From Octopus vulgaris (lineage: Eukaryota), in contig OX597838.1 in assembly GCA_951406725.2 (NCBI GenBank), forward strand, positions 31,186,001 through 31,250,000: DNA of 64,000 bases, given 5' to 3'. Within the stretch, counting starts at the first letter, position 1; the number at the start of each line of letters is the position of its first letter. Below are positions 46,920 to 58,750 of this stretch, piece by piece. Made by a program: the position numbers and the translations under genes. The notes below the pieces were generated by a model. It was not told the DNA's origin. It saw only the letters and a program-made list of their open reading frames with translations, and ran no database searches.

Positions 46920-47165
46920 TATACACTCCCTTAAGGTAGCGAGCTGGCAGAATTGTTAGCACGCCGGGCGAAATGCTTCACGGTATTTCGTCTGCCGTTA
47001 CTTTCTGAGTTCAAATTCCGCCGAGGTCGACTTTGCCTTTCATCCTTTCGGGGTCGATAAATTAAGTACCAGTTACACACTGGGATCGATATAATCGACT
47101 TAATCTGTTTGTCTGTCCTTGTTTGTCCTCTCTGTGTTTAGCCCCTTGTGAGCAGTAAAGAAATA
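46920..47165 (+). mobile_element. SINE family C monomer with an extra 5' segment
   Basis: TSD gatgtgataataaga at 46905-46919 and 47166-47180. Confidence 0.9.
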
Positions 47166-47951
47166 GATGTGATAATAAGAACACGTGTTAACCAATTTGA
47201 AATTCAAAACCTGGAGGGGCAAGTCAAAGCCTGCCAGCATCTGCCGATGGAACGCGGATCCACTTAGGATGTTTAAGGATCTAGTTAGGTCCAGATATCC
47301 AGGTGAATAGAAGCTAAAACGAGGTTACGAGCAGGGCGGCTAGTGTCAGCCAGAAATAAGTTGAGAGGAACCCACTTCAAAAGGTCGGACAGAAATGGTG
47401 AAAGTCTATGTCACTTCTGTAATATATATTGTCTGTCGAAGGGGGCAAACTGGCAGATATCGAACAAAATACTTAACGGCAGTTCGTCTGTCTTTACGTA
47501 ATGAGTTCAAATTCTGCAGCAGCCGACTTCGCCTTTCATCTTTTCGGGTTCGAAAAATAAATACCACTTGAGCTCTGAGGAGGTCGATGTAATCGACTTA
47601 TCCCTTCCACCTAAATTGAGAAGGTCCCACAACTCTACCACCTTGCACGGCAGGCTTATCGGGAGCCCTTCTATCTCTCTTTCAGTGATCAAATCATCAC
47701 CTCCGCCTCAGGAGTCCAACAGAGCGACCCACTCGGGCCCGCGCTGTTCGCACTGAGCATTGACGACATCACTAAGATGAGGGTCGAGCTAGACCTCAAC
47801 GTCTGGTATCTTGACGATACTCTTTTTTTTTTGGGTGGGGGGACCTCCGGACAAGGTTCTCGCCATTGCAAACATGATCGTTGGTGGGGGGAGGCTTGGT
47901 CACCGGGGTCCCCAAGTAAACAGCTCCAAATGTGAGCTCTGGATCCTCAAC

Positions 47952-48513
47952 TGTTACACATTCATATCTATGTGTATACGTATGTAGAATACATCCCCAC
48001 TTTTGGCACTATTTTGTTAGTGAACAGTACGAACTGTGTCTAAAGTATAAATGTCTAAAAAAAACTCCGCCGGTTACGACGACGAGGGTCCCAGCTGATA
48101 CGATCAACGGAACAGCTTGCTCGTGAAATTAACGTGCAAATGGCTGAGCATTCCACAGACACGTGTACCCTTAACGTAGTTCTCGGGGATAATCAGCGTG
48201 ACACAGAGAGTGACAAGGCTGACCCTTTGAAATACAAGTACAACTCATTTTTGCCAGTTGAGTGGACTGGAGCAACGTGATATAAAGTGTCTTGCTCAAG
48301 GACACAACGCGTCGCCGGGAATCGAACTCACAACCTTACGATCATGAGCCGAATGCCCTAACCACTAAGCCACGCGCCCTCACAAAGTATAAATGTATCA
48401 CTACGCTGAATGTTGACAGTTCGTGTAACATGTAAAGTAAATAAACACGTAAAACAATAACAATGGCTTCATATTGGTTGTCTATCCCATTAGAACCCAA
48501 ACTACACATAACA
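47952..48513. mobile_element. Solo LTR (TGTTA...TAACA) containing a SINE B insertion
   Basis: 5-bp TSD tcaac at 47947-47951 and 48514-48518; AATAAA near 48440. Confidence 0.8.
48055..48383 (-). mobile_element. SINE family B, full length
   Basis: 13-bp TSD aaagtataaatgt at 48042-48054 and 48384-48396; nearly identical to 6203-6523. Confidence 0.92.
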
Positions 48514-49456
48514 TCAACCACCCGGCTTCTCAACATCAACCAACTATTGACCGTTTTGCAGAGTCCTTCCCTTCCATTGCAGTCTCTCCCTCATCGGTTT
48601 GGTGCTCCTTAGGAGCCACAATCACTGACTTTGCCTTTGAATCCATCTTCTAGTCGAAGGCGGCTGCCCTTTAGCAATTGCTGAAAACTATTGAAGCTAT
48701 CGAACCCCATCAAGGTTTTTCCATACTTAGGAATTACCTCTTGATCCCTAAGTTTCTATATTTGCTCAGGGTCGGCTCTTCTTACCGGTTCCCATCGTAT
48801 CTCCAGCGCTTCAGCAACTTAATCTTTGAGAGACTCAAATGCTTGGTCCATGTCAGACTCTCTCCAACGTCCCGCGATCAGGTTGCATTTACCAAGCGAT
48901 TTGGAGGTCTTAGTCTCCGCAAGTGTTCCTCCCTCTCTCTCTCTCTCTCTCTCTTGCTTCCTTTCCTCCACTTACGCCTGCTCCACCCTGATGAGCAACA
49001 TCCCCTCCTCTCCAACATGCACCACTTCCAACAGGGAGTTGGATGAAGCTCTCCAACACTGGAGAGATTTAGGCTTGTCTGCTCCTGAGAAATTGGAAGA
49101 ATGTCGGAGTCAGAGAACTTGGAACGACATAATTTCGAAGGCCACCTTCGAATCCCTCTTCATCTAGTCGGACCAGTTTTCAAGGTGCCGCTTACCGTCT
49201 GCTCGTGCCAAATACTTAGGTAACTGGATTGAAGCCCTCTCTATGGCTAATGTTGGTGGCCTACTCAACTTGGACGAACTTCGTGTCTCCTGATACTCAT
49301 GGTGCTTGGCCCGGGCAAACATCCCCTCCATCTTGGAACCATTTGGATTGTCCAGATGTGATGGGAAAAAACCTGACGGCCTCACCCTGTGCCCCTGGTC
49401 GCGAGGCAGATGTTTTGTCTGGGATGTCATAGTTAGCGACTCTTTTGCATCTTCTC

Positions 49457-49614
49457 GCGTGGCTGTGTGGTAAGTAGCTTGTTTACCAACCACATGGTTC
49501 CGGGTTCAGTCCCACTGCGTGGCATCTTGGGCAAGTGTCTTCTGCTATAGCCACGGGCCGACCAATGCCTTGTGAGTGGATTTGGTAGACGGAAACTGAA
49601 AGAAGCCTGTCGTA

Positions 49615-49661
<47 letters not shown>

Positions 49662-49870
49662 TTGTGTGTCTGTGTTTGTCCCCCTAGCATTGCTTGACAA
49701 CCGATGCTGGTGTGTTTACTTCCCCGTAACTTAGTGGTTCGGCAAAAGACACCGATAGAATAAGTACTAGGCTTACAAAGAATAAGTCCCGGGGTCGATT
49801 TGCTCGACTAAAGGCGGTGCTCCAACATAGCCGCAGTCAAATGACTGAAACAAGTAAAAGAGTAAAGAGT
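49457..49870 (+). mobile_element. SINE family A, full length, inside the CRE endonuclease region
   Basis: Matches the 14523 copy; the CRE frame resumes after it. Confidence 0.9.
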
Positions 49871-50179
49871 ATACTGGATGGTGCGATCAGAGCGAGATCT
49901 ACAGCTTCTGCGGCCGAGGGGAACAAAATCCTGAAATACCGCGAATTGTCGCCCAACTACATTTTCCATCCTGTGGCATTCGAGACGTTTGGTGGGGTCG
50001 GGCCACTGACTGCGAGATTCCTGTCTCGACTGGTAACTCGTCTAGCAGAGGTAACTGGTGAAACTCGTGAGGGCGCTTGGCTATTCCAGCGCATCAGCCT
50101 CGCCATCATTGCGTATTTAACTCGTTTGTTTTTGTACTTCATGTTGTTTACACAGTTGGTGACGTCCTGTACCCATATA

Positions 50180-50260
<81 letters not shown>

Positions 50261-50320
50261 GGTATGACAACAAAAGAATGAAAGAGACCTCGATATTATG
50301 GAAATAGAGGAATTTATCTA

Positions 50321-50500
50321 TAATATGTGACAATTATTCGTTATCATGATAAAACTCCGAGTTTCGGATGTCGGGGTGGAAATCCACGCCGCTATCTCTT
50401 CAGTTATCCAACCATCGTGAAGAGATGGCGGCGTGGATTTCCATCCCGACATCCGAAACTCTGAGTTTTATCATGGTTACCGAACAATTGTCACATATTA
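50321..50500. ncRNA. Long inverted repeat carrying a hammerhead motif in each arm
   Basis: Arms 50321-50402 and 50418-50500. Minus strand 50348-50408 reads gataa-CTGAAGA-[stem II]-GAAA-ctcggag-TT-ttatc. Confidence 0.65.
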
Positions 50501-50509
50501 CATTTACAG

Positions 50510-50590
<81 letters not shown>

Positions 50591-50832
50591 GGAGATGTAC
50601 TTGCATAGCGAGTGACTTGATCTGAGATCGTGTGCTGGAACTGACGTGACCCGGTCACGGTCTCAAAGCGACGAAAATATTTTGACAAATTAAATTTAAA
50701 TGTTGAAGTGAATCGAACGGTTTTGTGTGTTTCTTAAATGGCTTATAAACACCTTCCACGCTGCAATTGTATGTATGTATATAGCAATTGTATGTATGTA
50801 TATATATATATATATATATAAGACATTCTCTG

Positions 50833-51254
50833 GGCGATCTTTCGTCTCTAGTAGACCTTTCCGTCGATTTCCGTAAAAATTTTTTTTTTTTACATATGGG
50901 CTTGCGGGAACTTTTGAAGTAATATACATACATATACACATACACCGAGTAAAAAATATCAGTTATCTCCTTCTTTCACACATTACTCTGTCTCTTCACA
51001 CACACTAACAGAAGCACTTCACTTACACAACATACTGTCTGTCTCCCACACCCCATCAAACACACACACACACACATATACATCAATGCTCCCATGCACG
51101 GTAACTTCAAACGAACTTCCCTCGTCATACAATCGCTTTCTCTTAGTCGCTTTCGCTCTCATTACTTCAAAAGTTCCTGCAAGCCCATATGTAAAAAAAA
51201 AAGAAGTTTTTTACGGAAATCGACGGAAAGGTCTACTAGAGACGAAAGATTGCC
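50833..51254. mobile_element. MITE with about 90-bp TIRs, GG termini and a 9-bp TSD (Merlin- or Mutator-like)
   Basis: TSD cattctctg at 50824-50832 and 51255-51263. Confidence 0.8.
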
Positions 51255-51636
51255 CATTCTCTGATATATTGTTGATATATAAATACACACACACACACAC
51301 ACACTCACATATATATGGGTAGGTAAAATGAGAATCGGGCGACGGAAAATGATTAGCAAGAAAAAAAAATTGTGAGAAAAAAAAATGTATAAGGATAACA
51401 AGGGAGTTAACTCTATCTCATACCACTAATTTACAGCAGGGAAGTGATTGCTATTGACTTTTGGGAAGTCTTTTAAACATTCTAAGAATGGTGGAGGTTT
51501 ATAAAGAACCATGAAATATATGATTCCGTCTGAAACGGTATTTTATTTCATTCTTTAGATAATGGGAAAGTCCATTGTATGTATATAAGAAATTTACATT
51601 CATGCGCCCCTATAAATATGTCTATATGTGTGTATT

Positions 51637-52514
51637 CTGCGAGCTGACAGAAACGTTAGCAGACGTTTGTCTGTCCTTGTTTGTCCACTCTGTGTTTAGC
51701 CCCTTGTGGGTAGTAAAGAAATATATTAAAGGCGGCGAGCTGGCAGAAACGTTAGCACGCCGGGCGAAATGCTTAGCGGTATTTCGTCTGCCGTTACGTT
51801 GTGAGTTCGAATTCCGCCGAGGTCGACTTTGCCTTTCATCCTTTCGGGGTCGATAAATTAAGTACCAGTTACGCACTAGGGTCGATGTAATCGATTTAAT
51901 ACCTATGTCTGTCATTGTTTGTCCCTTCTGTGTTTAGCCCCTTGTGGGTAATAAAGAAATAGGTATTTCGCCTGCCGTTACGTTCTGAGTTCAAATTCCG
52001 CCGAGGTCGACTTTGCCTTTCATCCTTTCGGGGTCGATAAATTAAGTACCAGTTACGCACTGGGATCGATGTAATCGACTTAATACCTGTGTCTGTCCGT
52101 GTTTGTCCCCTCTGTGTTTAGCCCCTTGTGGGTAATAAAGAAATAGGTATTTCGCCTGCGTTACGTTGTGAGTTCAAATTCCGCCGAGGTCGACTTTGCC
52201 TTCCATCCTTTCGGGGTCGATAAAATAAGTACCAGTTACGCACCGGGGTCGATTTAATCGACTTAATCCGTCTGTCTGTCCTTGTTTGTCCCCTCTGTGT
52301 TTAGCCCCTTGTGGGTAATAAAGAAATAGAAATAGGTATTTCGTCTGCCGTTACGTTCTGGGTTCAAATACCGCCGAGGTCGACTTTGCCTTTCATCCTT
52401 TCGGGGTCGATAAATTAAGTACCAGTTACGCACTGGAGTCGATCTAATCGACTTAATCCGTTTGTCTGTCCTTGTTTGTCCCCTCTGTGTGTAGCCCCTT
52501 GTAGGCAGTAAAGT
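51637..52514 (+). mobile_element. SINE family C tetramer preceded by an internally deleted copy
   Basis: Head at 51729; units of about 185 bp restart at ggtatttcg (51962, 52146, 52335). Confidence 0.92.
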
Positions 52515-52990
52515 AATAATTATATACATACATATATGTGTGTGTGTGTGTGTAGAACAGGTTCGTTTTTTTCACCTTTCATTCTATCTTTCAATCTGTC
52601 TACTTTCTGTTTCCAGTTCTACAGGACATCATTTTCCAATGCCTTATTTATTATACACACGCCTTGCCTTATCTCAAAGTCGCACGGCTTTTGTTTTGTT
52701 TATATATTTATTTTATTTTGTTTGTATATTTACATTTATATTCGCACCAAAAAACGAACAATATTATCGTTAAAGGTGTGAAACTGTAATGACGTTTTTT
52801 GGACGATAACTGGCGAGGAAAGAGCCTGTCCATGTCTTCTGCGTGGGTTTTCCGTTCGTTCCTTTATCGTGCCTCTGTTTAAATTTCGAAACTTATGTAT
52901 GTGTATGTGTGATTATCATCATTATCATTTAACGTCCGTTGTCCATGCTGGCATGGGTTGGACGGCTTGACAGGAGATTGTCAGACAGAA

Positions 52991-53403
52991 AGGCGACTAG
53001 CTGGCAGAATCGTTAGCACGCCGGGCGAAATGCTTAGCGGTATTTCGCCTGCCGTTACGTTCTGAGTTCAAATTCCGCCGAGGTCGACTTTGCCTTTCAT
53101 CCTTTCAGGGTCGATTAAATAAGTACCAGTTACGCACTGGGTCGATATAATCGACTTAATCCATTTGTCTGTCCTTGTTTGTCGTCTCTGTGTTTAGCCC
53201 CTTGTGGGTAGTAAATAAATAGGTATTTCGCCTGCCGTTACGTTCTGAGTTCAAATTCCGCCAAGGTCGACTTTGCTTTTCATCCTTTCGGGGTCGATTA
53301 AATAATTACCATTTACGCACTGGGGTCGATATAATCGACTTAATCCGATTGTCTGTCCTTGCTTGTCCTCTGTGTTTAGCCCCTTGTGGGTAGTAAAGAA
53401 ATA
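52991..53403 (+). mobile_element. SINE family C dimer inserted in an RTE 3'-end copy (-)
   Basis: TSD ggag(a/c)ttgtcagacagaa at 52973-52990 and 53404-53421. Confidence 0.88.
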
Positions 53404-53755
53404 GGAGCTTGTCAGACAGAAGGACAGTGCTAGGCTCTGCTGTCTGCTTTGACATGGTTTCTACAGCTTGATGCCTTTGCTTATGCCAACCACTTTACAG
53501 AGTGTACTGGGTGCTTTTTATGAGGCACTAGCCCCAGTGAGGTTGCTGAGTACGTTGCAAGATAAAGTCCTTTCAATTGAGAGGTGGAGTGATATTGAGG
53601 GCAGTGGCACAATGTCCATTGATGAGAGCTTAAACGATGATAGAGGGATACAAATAAGTGTCTTGCTATAGAGGAGATACAGGTTTACCCCAGTCAGAGA
53701 GAGAAAGCAAAGATGTGTCAAGACATAGCGTGTGTTTACACACATATTTTTATAT

Positions 53756-54318
53756 ACCGAGACCTTTGGAAATATGCTGTACGTGAGAAGACCAGGCAGG
53801 TCAAGTGAGCCCAGCCCACTTATGCATGCCTTTCCTCCCTTGGACACAAAGACCTGTTGAGGCAAGCAAAGTCGATATAGAACCTCATCCGACGACAGGC
53901 ACCCATGCCAACCCCCTTTGCTTGCGAAGACATGTTGGGGCAAGCGAAATCAAAATCGAAATCAAATTGAACCAGCCAGGATCCCTGGTCTGGTGGTACG
54001 TAAAAAGCACTATCTGACTCGTGGCCGATGCCAGCGCCGCCTCGACTGGCTTCCGTGCCGGTGGCACGTAAAATACACCAATCCGACCGTGGCAATTGCC
54101 AGCCTCGCCTGGCACCTGTGCAGGTGGCACGTAAAAAGCACCCACAACACTCATGGAGTGGTTGGTGTTAGGAAGGGCATCCAGCTGTAGAAACATTGCC
54201 AGATAAGACTGGAGCCTGGTGCAGCCTTCTGGCTTCCCAGATCCCCGGTCGAACCGTCCAACCCATGCTAGCATGGAGAACGGACGTTAAACGATGATGA
54301 TGATGATGATGATGATGT
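53756..54318 (+). mobile_element. RTE-like LINE 3' end (last codons, 3'UTR and (GAT)n tail)
   Basis: ccgagacc...gctgt.cgtgagaagacc matches 55985-56025; ends aacggacgttaaacg(atg)n. Confidence 0.8.
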
Positions 54319-55204
54319 TGCGATTTACATTGCTGGAAATAGGGAAATAATTTTATGAAGTGACAAGCTTTCTATCCAGGGGGGAATATATCTCCTACTT
54401 AATGCAAATAAAACAAATAATTGACCTCCTCAATCAGTTATTTAATGTCTTTTTTTTGTTAAATCTAATATAAACACCAACACCTACCTTGTCTTTCACC
54501 TAACTTGCAAGAAATAGAAACCAAATCCCTCTCAAATCACACCTTTTCAAATAATTAATAATTAATTAAAAATATTCAGTGTTGGCTGACATATATCACT
54601 CACGTCATTGTCAAACAAAGACAAATACAAAAGGCTCAGCTAAGTTCCACAGCAAGTGACACAGACATACACATTCATTATATATGCTTAATTTTGGGGA
54701 AACTTTATTTCAATTAAAGTATATTTTATATATATGTATGTGTGAGTGTGTGTGTGTGTGTGTATGTATGTATATATATGTATTAAAGAAAACAAAAAAT
54801 AAAGCAAAAATGACTGTGTTCAGTATGTTGGTGACAGGAATTTGTCAAAAAGACATGGTTAAACAAAGTCGTACATCATCTCCCTCTTTCTCTCACATAC
54901 CCACTCTTTCTCCCTCTCTCTCATTATTACTCCCACTACCACCATCAACACTACTACTTTTAATAAAACATCATCAACTCACACTAAATTTCTTTGTCTA
55001 TCTTTCTCTCTCTGTCTTTGCCACCACCCTCACCGTCTCTGTACCTATTACTCTCAGCCCATCATGAAGAATAATAAGAGTGTCACTGAATAGTGAGAGG
55101 CGGGGGGGGGGGTAAGTGTGACACACTGACACACAGAAATTAGCTTTCATATTTATCATATTAAATATATATTGGGTCATCCCATAAATAATATGTTTTT
55201 TTAT

Positions 55205-56645
55205 ACTTAGGAAGGTAGACAAATCACAAACGCCTTCAGGTAGATGGCCCTGCTCGATCTGTAGAAAAGGTGTAGGTAGAAACTCTATAAGATGCACCAA
55301 GTGTAAGCTATGGACACATAAGAGGTGCAGCAATGTCATAGGAAGGCTAACTAGGAAGATGGTTTTTGTATGTGGCAGATGCTCGTGAGCATTAACCTCT
55401 GAAAATCTGCAGAAAACAACTTCCGTCACTTTCCAGGAGGAAAAACTAGAAGTAGTTGATAGCTTCCGTTATCTTGGTGACCAAGTCAGTAGTGGGGGTG
55501 GGTGTGCTGAAAGTGTAACGGCTAGAGTAAGAATAGCCTGGGCAAAGTTTAGGGAGCTCTTACCTCTGTTGGTGACTAAAGGCCTCTCGCTCAGAGTAAA
55601 AGGCAGACTGTATGATGCATGTGTACGAACAGCCATGCTACATGGCAGTGAAACATGGGCCGTGACTGCTGAGGACATGCGTAAGCTCACGAGAAATGAA
55701 GCTAGTATGCTCCGTTGGATGTGTAATGTCAGTGTTCATAGTCGACAGAGTGTAAGTACCTTGAGAGAAAAGTTGGACCTAAGAGGAATCAGATGTTGTG
55801 TGCAAGAGAGACGATTGCGCTGGTATGGTCATGTGGTGAGAATGGATGAAGATAGGTGTGTGAAAAAGTGCCACACCCTGGCAGTTGAGGGGACCTGTGG
55901 AAGAGGTAGACCCAGGAAAACCTGGGTCGAGGTGGTGAAGCACGACCTTCGAACTCTAGGTCTCACCAAGGAAATGACCAGAGACCGAGACCTATGGAAG
56001 TATGCTGTGCGTGAGAAGACCCGGCAAGACCAGTGAGAACAATCAAAATCAAATCATATATCAGAAAGCAGGGGTTAAGTGACCCATCCGTTCGTGTCCA
56101 CTGTCAGCCTCGTCTGGCACCCGTGCCGGTGATACGTAAAAGCACCATTCGCTCATGGCCGTTTGCCAGCTCTGCCTGGCCCCGTGTCGGTGGCACGTAA
56201 AAGCACCATCCGTTCGTGTTCGTTGCCAGCCTCGCCTGGCCCCATGCCGGTGACACATAAAAGCACCGTCCGTTCGTGGCCGTTTGCCAGCTCTGTCTGG
56301 CCCCGTGTCGGTGGCACGTAAAAGCACCATCCGTTCGTGGCCGTTTGCCAGCTCTGTCGGTGGCACGTAAAAGCACCATCCGTCCGTGTCCGTTGCCAGC
56401 CTCGGCTGGCCCCCGTGCCGGTGACACGTAAAAGCACCGTCCGCTCGTGGCCGTTTGCCAGCTCTGTCTGGCAACCGTGTCGGTGGCACGTAAAAGCACC
56501 ATCCGTTCGCGTCCGTTGCCAGCCTCGGCTGGCCCCCGTGCCGGTGACACGTAAAAGCACTGTCCGTTCGTGGCCGGTTGCCAGCTCTGTCTGGCCCCGT
56601 GTCGGTGGCACGTAAAAGCACCATCCGTTCGTGTCCGTTGCCAGC
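55205..56645 (+). mobile_element. 5'-truncated RTE/RTEX-like LINE with a repeat-array 3'UTR
   Basis: Cys-rich CSICRKGVG..SIRCTKCKLWTHKRC, then FRYLG and LHGSETW...RRLRWYGHVVRM...RGRPRKTW; ORF ends at 56036. Confidence 0.85.
56085..56645. repeat. Tandem array of about 45-60-bp units (core ggtg.cacgtaaaagcacc), about 10 copies
   Basis: Read directly; two unit variants alternate. Confidence 0.9.
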
Positions 56646-56649
56646 ATCT

Positions 56650-56866
56650 ATCTAGTTAGCTAGTTAGTTAGTTAATTTTTTGGCGCAAAAACCAAGGCCA
56701 TGTAGGGGGACATGGAGTTATGTACAGGGTGGTGTTCATGTAAAGAGTGCAGGCCACTTGTGGTCAAGGGAGACTTTGAACCGAGCGGTCGTCGGCATCT
56801 TCACCATCTCGTCTGGCAGCTTATTCCACGGATCCGCAACCCGGACGGAGAAAGCCCCTCTCCTAT
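56650..56866 (-). mobile_element. CR1-clade LINE 3' end with (TAAC)n tail
   Basis: Minus frame AFSVRVADPWNKLP...FKVSLD. Confidence 0.7.
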
Positions 56867-57239
56867 CTGGTAGACTTGCAAGGCCCCTCTTCCAAAATCC
56901 ACTTGTCTATGACAAAAAATACTCCTCTAGTACTGTTCTGACCTTGTCTACAGAATTCATATTTTTTCCATCCAAATGATTCTGAGCACTGCGGAATAAA
57001 TGGTAATCAGATGGTGAAATTTCTGGCAAATATGGTCGGAGGGGCATCGTTTCCCATTCAAACTACTCCAGCCATTGGAATGTCATCCTCACTGTATGTA
57101 GCCAAGCATTATCCTGATGGAAGAACACCTTTTGTCTGGCTTACACTGATTTCCAATCCCCATATACTGCATTAATATTCCTTGCACTTTCCATTGTGTC
57201 GTTGCCTTTATTGAACTCATTCAAGCAAAATATGCTGAA

Positions 57240-57627
57240 CTAGCAGTATCACCCGGCGTTGCTCGGGTTTGTAAGGGAAATAACTATAAAGCATTTTTAG
57301 AGAGTTATAGCCAAAAAGTAGCAAAAAATGCATTAAAAATGGAAAAAATATGATAGTAAATTTTTTTTAAATCGTTGACTCATCGTAGACATTTTTAGAG
57401 AGTTACTTCCCTTTAAAAAAATATGCATTAAAATGGAAAAAAATGATGGTAAATTATTTTTAAAATCGTAGACTCATCGTAGACGCGTGCTAATACCCAG
57501 AAGGGCTCGATATGAATCACGACTATAAGATACCCGGTTTTAGTTAAACTGCACTGCAAGATGTGGGAGTAGTTAGGAATCTAAATCGGAGTAGACAGAC
57601 ACACAACCTTACTTTTATACATAAAGA
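57240..57627 (-). mobile_element. Non-autonomous Helitron
   Basis: TC...hairpin-CTAG on -, A|T insertion site; removal rejoins the mariner sequence. Confidence 0.85.
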
Positions 57628-57840
57628 TATGCTCGTTTGCCACTTCCATTAGAGCTTTGAAAAAAATAACTGTTCAAATCAAACTGCACCATTCAAAGCT
57701 TGCACTAAGAATAAATACAAGGTAAAAGTACTGCCTGCTTTTATAGCAAGTTCATGCAGGTAGTTCATCCTGTCCCCCTCCAACTCCAACTAGTTCATGC
57801 AATTGAAAAAACTGCATTATTTATGGATGACCCAAATATA

Positions 57841-58207
57841 TACTCTTACTCTTACTCTTTTACTTGTTTCAGTCATTTGACTGCGGCCATGCTGGAGCAC
57901 CGCCTTTTTAATCGAGCAACTCGACCCCGGGACTTATTCTATCGGTCTCTTTTGCCGAACCGCTAAGTGACAGGGACGTAAACACACCAGCATTGGTTGT
58001 CAAGCAATGCTAGGGGGACAAACACAGACACACAAACATATACACACACATACATATATATATATATACATATATATGACAGACTTCTTTCAGTTTCCGT
58101 CTACCAAATCCACTCACAAGGCTTTGGTCGGCCCGAGGCTATAGTAGAAGACACTTGCCCAAGGTGCCACGCAGTGGGACTGAACCCGGAACCATGTGGT
58201 TCGTAAG
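57841..58207 (-). mobile_element. SINE family A copy
   Basis: Reverse complement of 49457-49870. Confidence 0.88.
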
Positions 58208-58566
58208 CACACACACACACATAGATATATTTATACACTTTTATTTATTTCCCAACTAAAATGACTTCAACCAATGAAGCAGAACAAAAGTGGTTGCTCA
58301 AATTGCTAGACATAGCAACAAAGCTTTACTGAAATCAACGCTACGATCTTTATGAAAATGAAAGATACATTAAAAAGTGTAGTCTTAGATAGATCATGTC
58401 TTAAAAAAGAAATGAGATGGTTATAGTCAGGATATCTTTCATCATAAGTCTGGTGGATTAAGGATCAACCCAATGCTAAGCAAAAACAATTCCAGCCCCT
58501 ATTACTATTTCCTCCCTCAAAGTCCAATCCTTGACCTCATCGTGGTGTATATATGGATGGATGGAA

Positions 58567-58750
58567 GCACTCCATCGGTTACGACGCTGAGGGTTCTGGT
58601 TGATCCAATCCAACGGAACAGCCTGCTCGTGAAATTAACGTGTAAGTGGCTGAGCACTCCACAGACACGTGCACCCTTAACGTAGTTCTCGGGGATATTC
58701 AGCGTGACACAGAGAGTGACAAGGCCGGCCCCTTGAAATACAGGTACAAG
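58567..58750 (-). mobile_element. SINE family B 3' fragment
   Basis: Similar to 6203-6380. Confidence 0.8.

Larger units (their letters stand above)
47625..50112 (+). mobile_element. Degraded CRE-clade (RT plus restriction-like endonuclease) LINE
   Basis: GVQQSDPLGPALF...WYLDD (RT), NSSKCEL, KPDGLT..PW..G...VWDV (RLE), FHPVAFETFG...WLFQRISLAI; interrupted by a solo LTR and SINEs. Confidence 0.85.
55171..57836 (-). mobile_element. Degraded mariner transposon hosting RTE, CR1 and Helitron insertions
   Basis: TIRs ttgggtcatcc.ataaataat near 55172 and inverted near 57815-57835. Minus frames give MEVANEHIQHILL (ATG at 57649) and PYLPEISPSDYHLFRS. Confidence 0.75.

Noticed and set aside
50640-50690. 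Additional hammerhead candidate (ctgacgtga...gaaaatattttgac)
   Set aside because: The 5' core and stem I do not fit well enough.
56085-56645. CRISPR-like repeat/spacer appearance
   Set aside because: The intervening segments are themselves repeated, there are no cas genes, and the context is a eukaryotic LINE 3'UTR.
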